A DNA stretch of 44,145 nt from Promethearchaeota archaeon. Its GTDB lineage: Archaea > Asgardarchaeota > Lokiarchaeia > Sigyniarchaeales > SOKP01. A program made the position numbers and the translations under genes. Numbering within the stretch: position 1 is the stretch's first letter; every line of letters starts with the position of its first letter. Below are positions 1 through 9,424 of this stretch, piece after piece. Where the stretch lies: the NCBI GenBank assembly GCA_019058245.1, contig JAHPZJ010000001.1, forward strand, positions 1 through 44,145, in the 5' to 3' direction. The notes under the pieces were generated by a model that made no database searches, had not been told where the DNA came from, and saw only the letters and a list, made by a program, of their open reading frames with translations.

Positions 1-1
1 A

Positions 2-886
2 CCTCAAATTATTGATACTTAATCTGATAATTTGCCTGACTGTTGGGAAGTTTTTCATTGATTAGATCCATTATCAGATGATACCAATAGTGATCATGAT
101 AAAGATGGACTTTTAAACTTAGAAGAATTTTATATTGGAACCTTTCCTGATGATTCTGATTCTGATGATGATAATATTCCAGATGGTGAAGAAGTTATAG
201 AAGGGTCTGATGGCTATATCACCGATCCAATCGATGATGATAGTGATAACGATGGTCTGATAGATGGTTATGAGATAACAAATTCTACAGATCCTAATGA
301 TGAGGATTCAGATGATGATATAATTCTTGATGGTGAAGAAGTTATAGAAGGGTCTGATGGCTATATTACCGATCCAACCGATGATGATAGTGATGATGAT
401 GGTCTGATAGATGGTTATGAGATAGCAAATTCTACAAACCCAAACGATGCAGATTGCGATGATGATGGGCTATTAGATGGTGAAGAGATTATTAGCTACA
501 ACACAAATCCGTGGAGTAATGACACTGATGCTGATTGGTTACCCGATGGATGGGAGATTCAATACACTTTAAATCCAAATGTTCCAAATAAAGAAGAAGA
601 TTATGATGTGGATGGATTAACAAATTACGAAGAATATCTTAATGGAACAGATCCAAGAGTAGCTGATACTGATGATGATGGATATGAGGATGGATGGGAA
701 ATAGATAATGGATATGATCCTTTAGATCCTGATAGTCATCCAAAACCGAGCTGGTGGGACCAATGGGGATTACAAATTATGATCTCAGTTGGTGGTTCAG
801 TTGCAGGTGGAATTGTTGGTCTTTTGTTTTTCTTTATTAAAAGAAATATTAAGAGAAAAGCTGAGAAAGCAGGTACGAAAGCTTAA
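2..886 (+). CDS. 5'-partial surface protein with TSP3-like Ca-binding DxDxDG repeats and a C-terminal TM anchor
   Basis: The frame of ORF 608..886 is open back to 62 and reads repeated DSDDDGLIDGYE / DTDADWLPDGWE units. It ends in a hydrophobic helix plus basic tail (KRNIKRK). Two in-frame stops (20-22, 59-61) lie at the window edge. Confidence 0.8.
182..450 (+). repeat. Near-identical tandem duplication, 147-bp period (49 codons), inside the TSP3-like gene
   Basis: gatggtgaagaagttatagaagggtctgatggctatat... starts at both 182 and 329, with only scattered substitutions over about 120 bp. Confidence 0.9.
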
Positions 887-1395
887 TTTAAATTGAAATT
901 ATTCACTATACTTTTTTTTTAATTTATATGTAGTTAAAACCTAATCAGTAAAAAATAGTTCTAGATCTTGCATTTAGTATCAATAAAACCAAAAAGAAAT
1001 ATAGCAAACATAATTATCGAATAAACTCGAACTCTCAAAATAAACTGATGAAATTACTTGTTAATTTTACATCAAAAAGCAAAAGAATTTAGTCTAAAAA
1101 TTTGTAAAGATAGACATAATGTTTAAGCTATTTTTGAATTAGTAAAAGTATTACATAATTTTCTAAGAAAGAAAGTAAATGTGATTTTACGAGGGCTGAA
1201 TTAAATATTGATGGCAAGTGTGAACACAAAACGCAGTATTCCGGAAAATAATCCAGATATTAGAGATGCGATGGAGCTTATAATGAAAGACATGCTAAAA
1301 GCTCAAAAAAAAATAATTTATCACTTTAATGTGAAAAAAAAAAAAAGAAAAAAAGTATTTGAAGAGATTGTTTACCTCAATATAGTATCCAAATG

Positions 1396-3294
1396 TTAGA
1401 TTATTTTACTCATGGATGATATACCTAGTTCTTTCAATGTTTCTTCTGTTGGCCTTCCTGTGTCCCAATCCCATCCTCGAACGTTATAATATTTCTTTAA
1501 ATTCTCTTCTAAATCGAGTTTTACGTTTTTTGTTCTTCCAGAGGTTAATACTTTCATATTATGATTGGTTAATCTATCATCTTTTCTTGTAATTCCTAAA
1601 TTACAACTAATTAACCGTTTTATATTGTTTATTCGCGCACCGACATTCATCAGAGATTTTCTGTCATAATTAAAACCTGTCGCAGCATTGATATAACCAA
1701 TAATATGTTCAAGTTTGGGGGTCGCAAAATTACAATTCACAGCAGAATCATCAATAGCTCTAAGATCTTGAAGTTTAGCAATTCCTCTTTCTCCTTTTGT
1801 GATATCATATCTATTTTTACTCCTTTTAATATGAAGAATTGGAATATTAACAGTTCCTGATTCCGCAGAATACCAATCAGCTTTATTATGATTTGCTCCA
1901 ACACATCCCGTCATATAACTTAATGCCTGTCCGGCAAATGCTCGTGGTTCATGCATCGGTATTTCTAATCCTTTTACATGTGCGGCCAATTCAGGATCTA
2001 CTTCCAATTTCTCTGCCATAATTCTTACACCTTCGGCAAGTATATTCCCAATACCTTCCCTATTGACAATCTTTTCAATTAGTTTGCATAAAACCTCTCC
2101 ATTTCCCCATTTAATATCTTCTATTGGAATATCAGTTAAGAATTGCTTTATTTTCTCAATCCCAATTTTTTTTTCAACCAAGTAAATTAGAAAAGCAATT
2201 GAAACTCCACAAGAAATAGTATCGATACCATATTTGTTACATAAGTGATTGGCAATAAGTACTGGTTTTGAATCAAAAACACCACATAAAGTACCTAACG
2301 CAGCAACAGATTCATATTCCGGACCATCACTTTCAATTTCCTTCCCATCAATTTCAATAACTGTTGATTTACCACATCTTAGTGTACAACCTGAGCATCC
2401 ATAACTAAACACAGGATATTGTTCTGTTATAGTTTTCCCTGTTAAATTTTCGGCAAAAAATTCCGTTTCTGTAAAGTAATATGCTGGCGTATCACCACTA
2501 ACCATTCCTAAATCGAGATACATGTTAGTACCATATAATGTAAAAAGTAGAGTTCCTATTTCTCCCATTGGATTTGCTTCCCTAGCAGCTTGAGCCTCTT
2601 TTCTCAGCTTTTTCCCTAATTCATTATCTGCCAGCTTAACCCTTTCTTTTCCATCTACTACTAATGCCTTCAAATTTTTTGATCCCATAAGAGCTCCCAT
2701 ACCACATCTCCCTACTACTCTCCCCTCATCATTCATTATAGCGCCATATTTAACAAGATTTTCACCACCTTGACCAATACAAGCCATCCGAGCTTTTAGG
2801 TCATTCAATTCATCTCTAATTAATTTTTGAGTTTCGTAACAATCTTTACCATGGAATTTTGAAGCATCTTTAAATTCTACGTTTCCATCATGAATATACA
2901 CGTAGGTTGGTTTATTTGCTTTTCCCAAGAAAACTACAGCATCAAATCCACTATTTCTTAGAGAAATACAAAAATATCCTCCAGAAGTTCCCTCACCCCA
3001 AATCCCGGTTAAAGGGGATATACCACTCACAGTATAGCGACCTGAATTTGGCCTAATAGTTCCTGTTATAGGTCCAGTAGCAAAAATTAAAGGATTAACT
3101 TCTGAGAAATGATCTTCTTTCAATCTCTTGTAATCATCCTCAGAAAGCAGATCATACGTTATTTTAGCACTTAATCCAGTCCCTCCTAAATAGTTTTGTG
3201 CAATATTAGGGTCTAAATCCTTCATTTTAAAACTTTCTTTGCTTAAATCCACAAAAAGGATTTTTCCATTATAGCCATTTAATTTATCATTCAT
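1396..3294 (-). CDS. aor: Aldehyde:ferredoxin oxidoreductase family (W/Mo-pterin)
   Basis: GYNGKILFVDLS N-terminus, SPLTG, GRCGMGALMGSKNLKA, CSGCTLRC, EYES, YYNVRGWD. SD GGAGTGA upstream. Confidence 0.93.
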   Translation of the reverse strand: MNDKLNGYNGKILFVDLSKESFKMKDLDPNIAQNYLGGTGLSAKITYDLLSEDDYKRLKEDHFSEVNPLIFATGPITGTIRPNSGRYTVSGISPLTGIWGEGTSGGYFCISLRNSGFDAVVFLGKANKPTYVYIHDGNVEFKDASKFHGKDCYETQKLIRDELNDLKARMACIGQGGENLVKYGAIMNDEGRVVGRCGMGALMGSKNLKALVVDGKERVKLADNELGKKLRKEAQAAREANPMGEIGTLLFTLYGTNMYLDLGMVSGDTPAYYFTETEFFAENLTGKTITEQYPVFSYGCSGCTLRCGKSTVIEIDGKEIESDGPEYESVAALGTLCGVFDSKPVLIANHLCNKYGIDTISCGVSIAFLIYLVEKKIGIEKIKQFLTDIPIEDIKWGNGEVLCKLIEKIVNREGIGNILAEGVRIMAEKLEVDPELAAHVKGLEIPMHEPRAFAGQALSYMTGCVGANHNKADWYSAESGTVNIPILHIKRSKNRYDITKGERGIAKLQDLRAIDDSAVNCNFATPKLEHIIGYINAATGFNYDRKSLMNVGARINNIKRLISCNLGITRKDDRLTNHNMKVLTSGRTKNVKLDLEENLKKYYNVRGWDWDTGRPTEETLKELGISSMSKII

Positions 3295-3317
3295 TTTTTT
3301 AAATCACTCCAAATATT

Positions 3318-4625
3318 CTAAAAATCAATGGTTCTACCATCCCAAGCATATTCAAATATTCTTTTTATTATGTCGTTATCAATATAGCGTCCAACCATGT
3401 AAGCTACAGGATCCGTTATAGCATACTGCACTAGGAGATCTAAATTTTTAAAGTATGTTTCTTCAGTAATAACAGGATTCTTCATTTCCTTTACACATAC
3501 AGGGCCATTCATTGAATGTATGAAATCTTTAACGCTTTGAAGAAATTCTGTAAATAACTCATCATCATTTTTATCTTTAGAATTAATTCCAAAAAGTGGA
3601 CATAAATCTTTCCACCTTTCCGAAATTTTCCTTTGGAAAGCAAGTGTATACGGTAGAAACAACCCAACACAAAGTCCGTGATGAACATTAAGTACCTTAC
3701 CCATACTATGGCCTAAAGCATGATCAATACCAACACGAGAATGAATAAATCCAAGTCCTCCCATAGATGCTGCTATTTGCATATGCGATCTTGCTTCTAT
3801 ATCTTTAGCTCCATATTTGTATGCACGAGGTAAATATTTTAGTATTTCTTTAATAGCATATATATTCATGGCATCGGCAAAAGGAGTTCCTATTGTTGAT
3901 ACATAAGATCCCGCTGCATGAGCTAATGCATCTAGTCCTGTAGCCATGGTTAGAAAAGGCGGCATATCTTTTACAAAATCAGTAATTAAGAATGAATAAT
4001 CTGGAATCAACTCTGGATGAGAAACAGTAAACTTTTTCGGCGGATCAAAACGCATATCAGTTAACATCGAGGCAAGAGTGGCTTCAGATCCCGTTCCTGA
4101 CGTTGTCGGAACAGCTATATAATATTTTAGTTTTTTCCGTATACCAAGAGGTGCTAAAGGTGAAATACTAAATAGATCCATTTCAGGCTTCTCGTATCTA
4201 ACCATTAAACCTTTCGTAGTATCAAGAACACTACCTCCGCCAATAGCTAAAAATACTTTAGGTTTATAATCTTCACATATTTTCGCTGCTTCATCAAGAG
4301 TATAAGTAGGTCCTTCTGGTTTCACTCCCGCCCATATTTTCGCTTCTATATTTACTTTACTTAACATATTACTAATTAGGTTCGCGTACTTTTCAGTAAA
4401 ATCGTCTGCAATTATTAAAACTCTTCTCTCTCCTTCTTCAAGATTATTATCTAAGTGTGTAATTAGCCGGGTTAATGCAGTCATTCCAAAAATAATATTT
4501 GGGGATCGAAAAGATGTTATTATACCGGAGAGTGCTCTGGCTTTTAACATAGCCATAAGTTCCATCAATTGCTCAGATGATGGTTGAGGCGCTTGTTCAG
4601 GTGCTTGTTTAGTTGAATTTTCCAT
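3318..4625 (-). CDS. Iron-containing alcohol dehydrogenase
   Basis: AIGGGSVLD, VPTTSGTGSEAT, metal ligands in DALAH, HALGH, HHG. Lies 23 bp upstream of aor on the same strand. Confidence 0.93.
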   Translation of the reverse strand: MENSTKQAPEQAPQPSSEQLMELMAMLKARALSGIITSFRSPNIIFGMTALTRLITHLDNNLEEGERRVLIIADDFTEKYANLISNMLSKVNIEAKIWAGVKPEGPTYTLDEAAKICEDYKPKVFLAIGGGSVLDTTKGLMVRYEKPEMDLFSISPLAPLGIRKKLKYYIAVPTTSGTGSEATLASMLTDMRFDPPKKFTVSHPELIPDYSFLITDFVKDMPPFLTMATGLDALAHAAGSYVSTIGTPFADAMNIYAIKEILKYLPRAYKYGAKDIEARSHMQIAASMGGLGFIHSRVGIDHALGHSMGKVLNVHHGLCVGLFLPYTLAFQRKISERWKDLCPLFGINSKDKNDDELFTEFLQSVKDFIHSMNGPVCVKEMKNPVITEETYFKNLDLLVQYAITDPVAYMVGRYIDNDIIKRIFEYAWDGRTIDF

Positions 4626-4914
4626 AAAACCACCTATTTATTTTTTTTAATATAATTTTTGATAAAACATTATAAATAAATTGTTATTTCTTAATAAATC
4701 TTAATTCACTTGAGATTGATTATTTGGTTTATTAGAATCTGGAGAATATATTTAGTAGTACTATAAACCATTATGATATGAAAAAATTTGATAAACTTAA
4801 TTCTGCTATATTAAATTGGATGGACTTCTCAAAGAGATGTTATTCAAAAGTACAAAATAAAATAATTCCATCTATAATATAAACTTAAAAAAAATAAGAA
4901 AGAATAATTAGAAA

Positions 4915-5114
4915 TTACTCCTTTTTAAAAACATTTCCACATTCCCCACACTTCATGCTCCTTGCATAGACCGGAGTTCCCTGCTTCAGTAGCATGCTGA
5001 AATAGCACTACTTATACTGTAGTAAAGCACATTATTCTTATCCGGTTCTTCATGAAGCATACGTGGATTCTCATTGCCACATTGGGGACATTTAACTCTT
5101 TTAAATTCACTCAT
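4915..5114 (-). CDS. Intron-split small zinc-ribbon protein, join(5114..5014,4984..4915), 56 aa
   Basis: Spliced translation MSEFKRVKCPQCGNENPRMLHEEPDKNNVLYYSMQGTPVYARSMKCGECGNVFKKE. ATG at 5114, TAA at 4917-4915. The two CxxC halves are in different frames unless 29 nt are removed. Confidence 0.85.
4985..5013 (-). other. Candidate bulge-helix-bulge (BHB) intron, 29 nt: AAGTAGTGCTATTTCAGCATGCTACTGAA
   Basis: Central 4-bp helix CAGU/ACUG with 3-nt bulges AU^A and AA^G. Inner stem AGUA/UGCU plus UGCU/AGCA with a 5-nt loop. Canonical cuts restore the reading frame. Confidence 0.8.
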
Positions 5115-5173
5115 AATATCTTAACTCTATAATAAAATGTTTTGAATATTTAGTAAAGTGACTGAATTTAAAT

Positions 5174-5704
5174 TTAGGTTTTTAAATATGTATTTATAAC
5201 AATCTCCCGAACTATATTCTCAATTTGTTTATCAGTAGTATCGATCACAATTTCAGCAGCTTTTTCATAAAGGGGTTTTCGGAACTTAAGAATTTTCATA
5301 ATTTCTCTCTTAGGGTTCTCTTTATCAATGAGAGGTCTTGTTTCTTTCCCGTCTTTTATTGCTCTGTTGAATATTTCATCTGGAGTCGCAGTTAATAATA
5401 CAATATGACAATTTTTCCTTAAATGTTGAATATTTATATGATTTAAAATTACTCCTCCTCCACACGAAATTACTACTTTGTTTAATTTTGATACGTACTT
5501 ACACACCGAAATTTCATACTCTCTAAATTTATCTTCTCCTTCCTCATCGAATATTCTAGGTATTGACTTATCTGCTTGTTGGACTATAAGTTGATCTGTT
5601 TCAATAAATTTGTAATCGTTATCAAGATATTTTACTAATGCTTTTCCTATTGTAGTTTTTCCAGTAGCCATAAAACCAATGAGAGCAATGGAATCTTTTG
5701 GCAT
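5174..5704 (-). CDS. aroK: Shikimate kinase, P-loop (bacterial AroK) type
   Basis: LIGFMATGKTTIG, IFDEEGEDKFRE, SCGGG, RPL, RKPLY. Confidence 0.92.
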   Translation of the reverse strand: MPKDSIALIGFMATGKTTIGKALVKYLDNDYKFIETDQLIVQQADKSIPRIFDEEGEDKFREYEISVCKYVSKLNKVVISCGGGVILNHINIQHLRKNCHIVLLTATPDEIFNRAIKDGKETRPLIDKENPKREIMKILKFRKPLYEKAAEIVIDTTDKQIENIVREIVINTYLKT

Positions 5705-5751
5705 CTCTAATAATTTTTTTATTCTTATTGCATAAATTTATCTTATAAAAA

Positions 5752-6306
5752 TCATTCCTCTGAAAAACCATGCTTTCCTAAAATACCACTTTTTATTTCA
5801 AGGTAATTACCTGCAATATAGGTTGGAAAATTAAATTGTTTAGGGTCTAAAGAATTGGTTTTAACATACTCAGGATCGGAGTGTGTTGCTATCACTTCAC
5901 CAAAATAACAGATATGTGTTCCCAACTCTATTTTATTTATTACTTTGCATTCCATATTCCACGGAAAATCTTTTATCATAGGAACTCTCACTATTGTTGC
6001 TTCTTCTTTAGTTAAATTTAACTCTTTCCATTTATTGACATCCCTACCAGAACGAGTACCACAATAATCTGCTGCTTTTAATTGATCTATTGTTGGATAA
6101 TTTATTACAAACTCACCATGTTTTTCAATTAGTTGATAGGAGTGACGTGAAGGTCTCATAGAAATAACCACGATTGGAGGATCAGCACATACTTTTCCTA
6201 CGTAACCTAATGTGATTAAATTTGCTTCCTCTCCGGTGCCTACCGAAACTACAGCTACAGGCATTGGAAATGTAGAGATTTTAGGACTTAAAGTTGTTTT
6301 TTTCAT
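5752..6306 (-). CDS. Flavin reductase family protein (DIM6/NTAB)
   Basis: FPMPVAVVS, DYCGTRSGRDVNK, MECKV, GTHICYFGEV. Confidence 0.9.
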   Translation of the reverse strand: MKKTTLSPKISTFPMPVAVVSVGTGEEANLITLGYVGKVCADPPIVVISMRPSRHSYQLIEKHGEFVINYPTIDQLKAADYCGTRSGRDVNKWKELNLTKEEATIVRVPMIKDFPWNMECKVINKIELGTHICYFGEVIATHSDPEYVKTNSLDPKQFNFPTYIAGNYLEIKSGILGKHGFSEE

Positions 6307-6475
6307 TTTTCAATTATAATTTTTATTTCTAAATAAGATATCTTAAAATTGCTATTGATCTTAAGCATATTAAATAGTCTTAAATTAAATAATCTCACTT
6401 TTTCAAATAAAACTATTAAAATTATTATCAATTCATTTATAATCAATATTTTATTCAAAAATAAAGTGGAAAAAT

Positions 6476-7099
6476 ATGATAATAAAACATCGAGGCCTTA
6501 AGCCGAAATATGATACCTCAGTATTCATTGCTCCAACAGCAGCTGTTATTGGTAATGTATCAATTGGAAAATATTCACGGGTAATGTATGGTGCCGTTTT
6601 GGATTCTGAGGATTCTGAGGTCGAAGTTGGAGAATATTCAATTATATGTGAAAATGCTGTTCTTAGAGCTACAGCGTCAGGAGATAGTAATTATCCAGTT
6701 AAAATCGGAGATCACGTCTTTGTTTCACCCCAATCAACATTAATTGGGTGTAAGGTTGAATCGAACTCCTATATTGCGACAGGTGCCACCATTTTACAAG
6801 GTGCTCTTGTTCAATCTGGTGCTGCGGTAGCGGTTGGAGCATTTGTTCATGTGAATACAGTTGTTCCTGCTAATTCTTTCATTCCTCCAAATAACATAGC
6901 AATTGGAGATCCTATTAAAATTTATCGTCCAAAGGATCAAGAATTACTAGCTAAAGCTATTAAATCAATTGGATTTGCAAAGGTGGCATTTAATGTAGAT
7001 GCAAAATGGGAAAATCGATTTGAGAGATATAGGCAAGCTACAATTGTAAGATCAAAAGAGTTTGAGGACCATTTTAATGATGAAATTATAAAGCAATAA
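6476..7099 (+). CDS. Gamma carbonic anhydrase-like left-handed beta-helix protein
   Basis: Hexapeptide repeats FIAPTAAVIGNVSIG... The usual Zn-binding His positions appear substituted. Confidence 0.85.
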   Translation: MIIKHRGLKPKYDTSVFIAPTAAVIGNVSIGKYSRVMYGAVLDSEDSEVEVGEYSIICENAVLRATASGDSNYPVKIGDHVFVSPQSTLIGCKVESNSYIATGATILQGALVQSGAAVAVGAFVHVNTVVPANSFIPPNNIAIGDPIKIYRPKDQELLAKAIKSIGFAKVAFNVDAKWENRFERYRQATIVRSKEFEDHFNDEIIKQ

Positions 7100-7112
7100 A
7101 ATTTTATTAATA

Positions 7113-7994
7113 TTGATTGATATGTCAGCGAAGGATTATATATCTGCTAGGACAAAAGTTCTTTGTGTGATGGGATATCCAATTGAACATTCAATGAGTC
7201 CCACAATGCACAATGCTGCTATTCGTGCTTTAAATCTTAATTATGTATATTTAGCATTTAGTATTTTACCTGATAACTTAAAGTCTGCCATAGATGGGAT
7301 TAAGGCATTTGATATTAAAGGTATCAATATAACTATCCCCTTTAAACAAACGATTATAAAATATTTAGATGAAGTCGATCCTGTGGCTCAAGAAATCGGT
7401 GCTGTTAATACGATAAAAAATAATGAAGGATTTTTAAGTAGTAGAAATACTGATGCAGAAGGTGCTATGAAAGCATTAGTAGATGCAGGTTATAAGGTTT
7501 CGGGAAAAAATATTTTATTACTAGGAGCAGGTGGAGCAGGAAGAGCAATAGCATTTATAGTAGCAAAAGAATCAAATAAAATAGTATTATCTGATATGGA
7601 TGAAAAAAGAGCAGAAAAACTTGCTAATGAAATAAAAAGAAAATACGGGACAAGTATCGAAGGAAAAAATAATAGTCATCATGTTTTAAAAGAAGAATCT
7701 AAAAAAGCGGATATCTTAATTAATGCTACTCCTATAGGAATGTACCCAAACATTAATAAATCACCAATTCCCTCTGAATTTTTACACAAAGATTTGTTTG
7801 TGTTTGACATCATATATAATCCATTAAAGACAAAATTATTAAAAGATGCAACTGAAAAAGGATGTACTACACTTTCTGGCTTAAATATGTTAGTTAATCA
7901 AGGAGCATTAGCATTTGAATGGTGGACTAATAAAAAACCAAATATTGATTTAATGAAAAATAAAATAATTGAAGTTCTTGGGATGGTTAAATGA
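7113..7994 (+). CDS. aroE: Shikimate dehydrogenase
   Basis: GYPIEHSMSP, NITIPFK, GAVNT, NTD, GAGGAG, NATPIGM, MLVNQG. Confidence 0.95.
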   Translation: MIDMSAKDYISARTKVLCVMGYPIEHSMSPTMHNAAIRALNLNYVYLAFSILPDNLKSAIDGIKAFDIKGINITIPFKQTIIKYLDEVDPVAQEIGAVNTIKNNEGFLSSRNTDAEGAMKALVDAGYKVSGKNILLLGAGGAGRAIAFIVAKESNKIVLSDMDEKRAEKLANEIKRKYGTSIEGKNNSHHVLKEESKKADILINATPIGMYPNINKSPIPSEFLHKDLFVFDIIYNPLKTKLLKDATEKGCTTLSGLNMLVNQGALAFEWWTNKKPNIDLMKNKIIEVLGMVK

Positions 7995-8899
7995 TAGGTA
8001 AAAATTTGTCTATTATTGGAGGTTCTGGTGGCATGGGCCAAGTTTTCGGACGATATTTCAAGCAACATGGGTTCAAAATTACTATATTTGCCCGAAATGA
8101 AGATAAATTGAAGGCTGTTGCTAAAGATTTAGAAGTTGAGTATGAGTTAGATCTCGAAAAATGCGTTGTAAATGCTGATATTGTAATGCTTTCAATCCCT
8201 ATTCATTCTACCTCAGATATGATTGAAAAGATCGCCCCGATGATGAAAAAAAATTCATTAATTTTTGATATAACTTCTCTAAAATTAGAAACCTCCATGA
8301 TCTTACATAAAGTTCATAAGATCTATCCTATTAACTGTGTATCAATTCATCCAATGTTTGGACCAGGAATCAAGAATTTGAAAAACTATGGTATTATTGT
8401 ATTAAGAATAGGTGGAACAAACCAATATGACAAAATAATTAATGAACTCCTTGAAATATTTAGATCAGATGGAATTATTATTACAGAAACAACACCGGAT
8501 ATTCACGATTCTAGAATCGCTATAACGCTTGGTGTTCCACATATGTTTAATATCTTATTCTTGAATTTACTTAAGAGGACAAATAAACCTTTAACTGAAT
8601 TAACTACTTTTACTGGTACTACTTTTCTTCTACAAAAAGTATTCGCAGAGAGCATTATTCAAAGGGAAATGGAGATGTTTGGTGAAATCCAAATAGAAAA
8701 TGAAAAATTTCATGAAATTTTAGATATTTTCGAAGATTTAATTAAAGAGTATAAAAAAGTAATTAAAAATAAAGACTTAAATCATTTTAAAAAACTCTTT
8801 TCTGAAGCATTAGAGTACTCAAAAGAAGACACACATTTTGAAGATTCATACAAATACTTTTATGAATTTATGAAGATTTTAAAAGGAAAAAAAGTATAA
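7991..8899 (+). CDS. tyrA: Prephenate/arogenate dehydrogenase
   Basis: IIGGSGGMG, DITSLK, HPMFGP, HD..IA...GVPH. ATGA overlap with aroE. Confidence 0.9.
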   Translation: MIGKNLSIIGGSGGMGQVFGRYFKQHGFKITIFARNEDKLKAVAKDLEVEYELDLEKCVVNADIVMLSIPIHSTSDMIEKIAPMMKKNSLIFDITSLKLETSMILHKVHKIYPINCVSIHPMFGPGIKNLKNYGIIVLRIGGTNQYDKIINELLEIFRSDGIIITETTPDIHDSRIAITLGVPHMFNILFLNLLKRTNKPLTELTTFTGTTFLLQKVFAESIIQREMEMFGEIQIENEKFHEILDIFEDLIKEYKKVIKNKDLNHFKKLFSEALEYSKEDTHFEDSYKYFYEFMKILKGKKV

Positions 8900-8914
8900 A
8901 AAAAAAAGTAGTAA

Positions 8915-9283
8915 TTATTGAGTTGCACTTCCACAAAGAGCACAAAATTTAGCATTTTCATTTTGATTTAGTTCAGATCCACAGCTGTGACAAAATTTTG
9001 AACCTTTTTGAATTTTATGTGATTCTAAAACAAGATTTTGACTTTGACCTTGATTAACAGTATTTATCACTTGATAGTTTGAAATTGGTTGAATCTCTTC
9101 CATTTGTTCATAACAAACTGAATTACAATGAATACATTTGGGATGATGTTCCTTATCTAAGTATACAGCAATATAAATCAATAAACCAATTCCACCAGTA
9201 AAAATAGCTAAAAAAATCGCCAAACCAATATTAAATTCATTCTTCTTGGTATATACGTTTTTATTACATGTTGGGCAATACAT
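8915..9283 (-). CDS. LITAF-like CxxC-hydrophobic hairpin-CxxC protein with C-terminal zinc ribbon
   Basis: CPTC..GLAIFLAIFTGGIGLLIYIAVY..CIHC, then FCHSCG..FCALCG. SD GGAGTGA. Confidence 0.7.
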   Translation of the reverse strand: MYCPTCNKNVYTKKNEFNIGLAIFLAIFTGGIGLLIYIAVYLDKEHHPKCIHCNSVCYEQMEEIQPISNYQVINTVNQGQSQNLVLESHKIQKGSKFCHSCGSELNQNENAKFCALCGSATQ

Positions 9284-9424
9284 TTTTCGATCACTCCATA
9301 TTGCTTTTTTTTATTTAATTAAAAAGAGATTTCAATAGAATTAAAAAAATTTGGAGTCCAATTTTTAAAATTGAGAATTAAAAGCTTATCTAAAATGTAA
9401 AAAGAATAGAAAAAGAATTTAGAA

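Noticed and set aside
182-450. CRISPR-like repeat array
   Set aside because: The repeats are in-frame coding duplications with no unique spacers.
1208-1399. 63-aa ORF on the plus strand
   Set aside because: Its 3' half is a poly-A tract, probably the aor T-rich terminator read on the other strand. No motif recognised; at most a remnant.
4986-4988. In-frame TGA in the zinc-ribbon gene as selenocysteine or readthrough
   Set aside because: Readthrough stays in the wrong frame and meets another TGA shortly after. Only the 29-nt removal recovers the second CxxC, and no SECIS was seen.
4930-5100. GC-richer structured island as a tRNA or ncRNA gene
   Set aside because: No cloverleaf or T-loop motif. 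It is explained by the split CDS and its intron.
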